A DNA stretch of 64,000 nucleotides from Octopus sinensis. Lineage: Eukaryota. The translations under genes were made by a program, and so were the position numbers. The stretch spans positions 80,476,001 to 80,540,000 of the forward strand of contig NC_043001.1 of the NCBI RefSeq assembly GCF_006345805.1, written 5' to 3'. Every line of letters starts with the position of its first letter. Within the stretch, counting starts at the first letter, position 1. This document shows, piece after piece, positions 63,060 through 64,000 of this stretch. The notes below the pieces were generated by a model. The model made no database searches and was not told where the DNA came from. It saw nothing but the letters and a program-made list of their open reading frames with translations.

Positions 63060-64000
63060 ACGCACACGCAGACGCACACACACACGTGTGTGTGAATGTA
63101 TACATATCTATATGTGTGTGTATATGTGTATGAGTGTGTGTGTGTACGTTGTTGTTGTTGCTGTCGTTGTTGTTTTGCGTATGGTGATTATGTGCAGTTT
63201 GCATTTAATAAGGAGAGAGAATACTATAAAAGTATCTTTATTCAAAAGATTGTTGATCAACCTCAGGGATAGATTCGCGAGCATATCGTTGTCTTGTGGT
63301 TGTAAGTTCGATCAATCGTACATGCTAAAGCTACGTTCGATAGACAAGCATCTTATCCAGATACAAATTTTATGCTGTCATCCAACTTCACGCTTCTGAT
63401 AGAAATCAGAAATAAATATGTGACACCTTCTGTATTAGGGATAAAGTTTAGCTAAAAACACCAATACAATTTTATTTACCCCAGGAGAAATAAAAATTCT
63501 TAATCGACCTCCTGCGGATTTGATCTCACAAAATAGTAATACGAAACTAAATACAAGGCATATTTTACACAGCATTCTTTCTGGCTCATCAATTTCCATT
63601 GGCCTAAACTTCTGCTTAATATTGCATGACTATTCATCAATAATATCTCTAGTTCTCTCCCACAGGATATCCGCCATTGATTGTATAACTTTCTGCTTTC
63701 CAATGAGGAAACAAATACATTCTTCTTTATCTTTTCCTTCTTTCTTTCCTTCTCTCTCTTTCTCTTTGTTTCCATATAATCACACACATACATTCATACA
63801 AATGCATGCATGTATTTCACATAAGCACACACACACACGCACACAGATAAGCACATAAACATACCAGAAACACAGACTCACTTACATGCATATACATTCA
63901 CGATTAATTTTTTTTTCCTGTGATTTATCTAAATATTGCATCAGATAGCTTTATTGTTTAAAAATGATGACATTGTTCGTAGTTGAGGGCGGTTGGGTGA

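Overview
AT-rich, microsatellite-saturated eukaryotic DNA. The SINE, RTE and Penelope repertoire resembles an octopus (cephalopod) genome; this is inferred from recalled repeat families, not from a search. I found no recognisable host protein-coding exon, rRNA, tRNA gene or CRISPR array, and most ORF-track entries are translations of simple repeats. The window is a transposon mosaic. It holds a near-complete RTE LINE with a 13-bp TSD (54248-58200), several RTE fragments (two with 5' inversions), three mariner/Tc1 copies, MITEs, Helitrons, an RT/RNaseH-deleted Gypsy remnant, R4/NeSL-like and CR1-like remnants and many SINEs. Two features stand out. (1) Two very divergent but homologous ~1.8-2.0 kb elements (9-1838 minus; 38222-40266 plus) encode only an L1/Tx1-type ORF1 (RRM-like plus CCHC knuckle plus an extra C-terminal segment) with no endonuclease or RT; the second sits in a SINE head with a 15-bp TSD. 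(2) Several short fold-back Penelope-like elements carry minimal type I hammerhead ribozyme motifs, some fully canonical (10454-10517, 47298-47340, 47396-47438, 53590-53670) and others with core variants.
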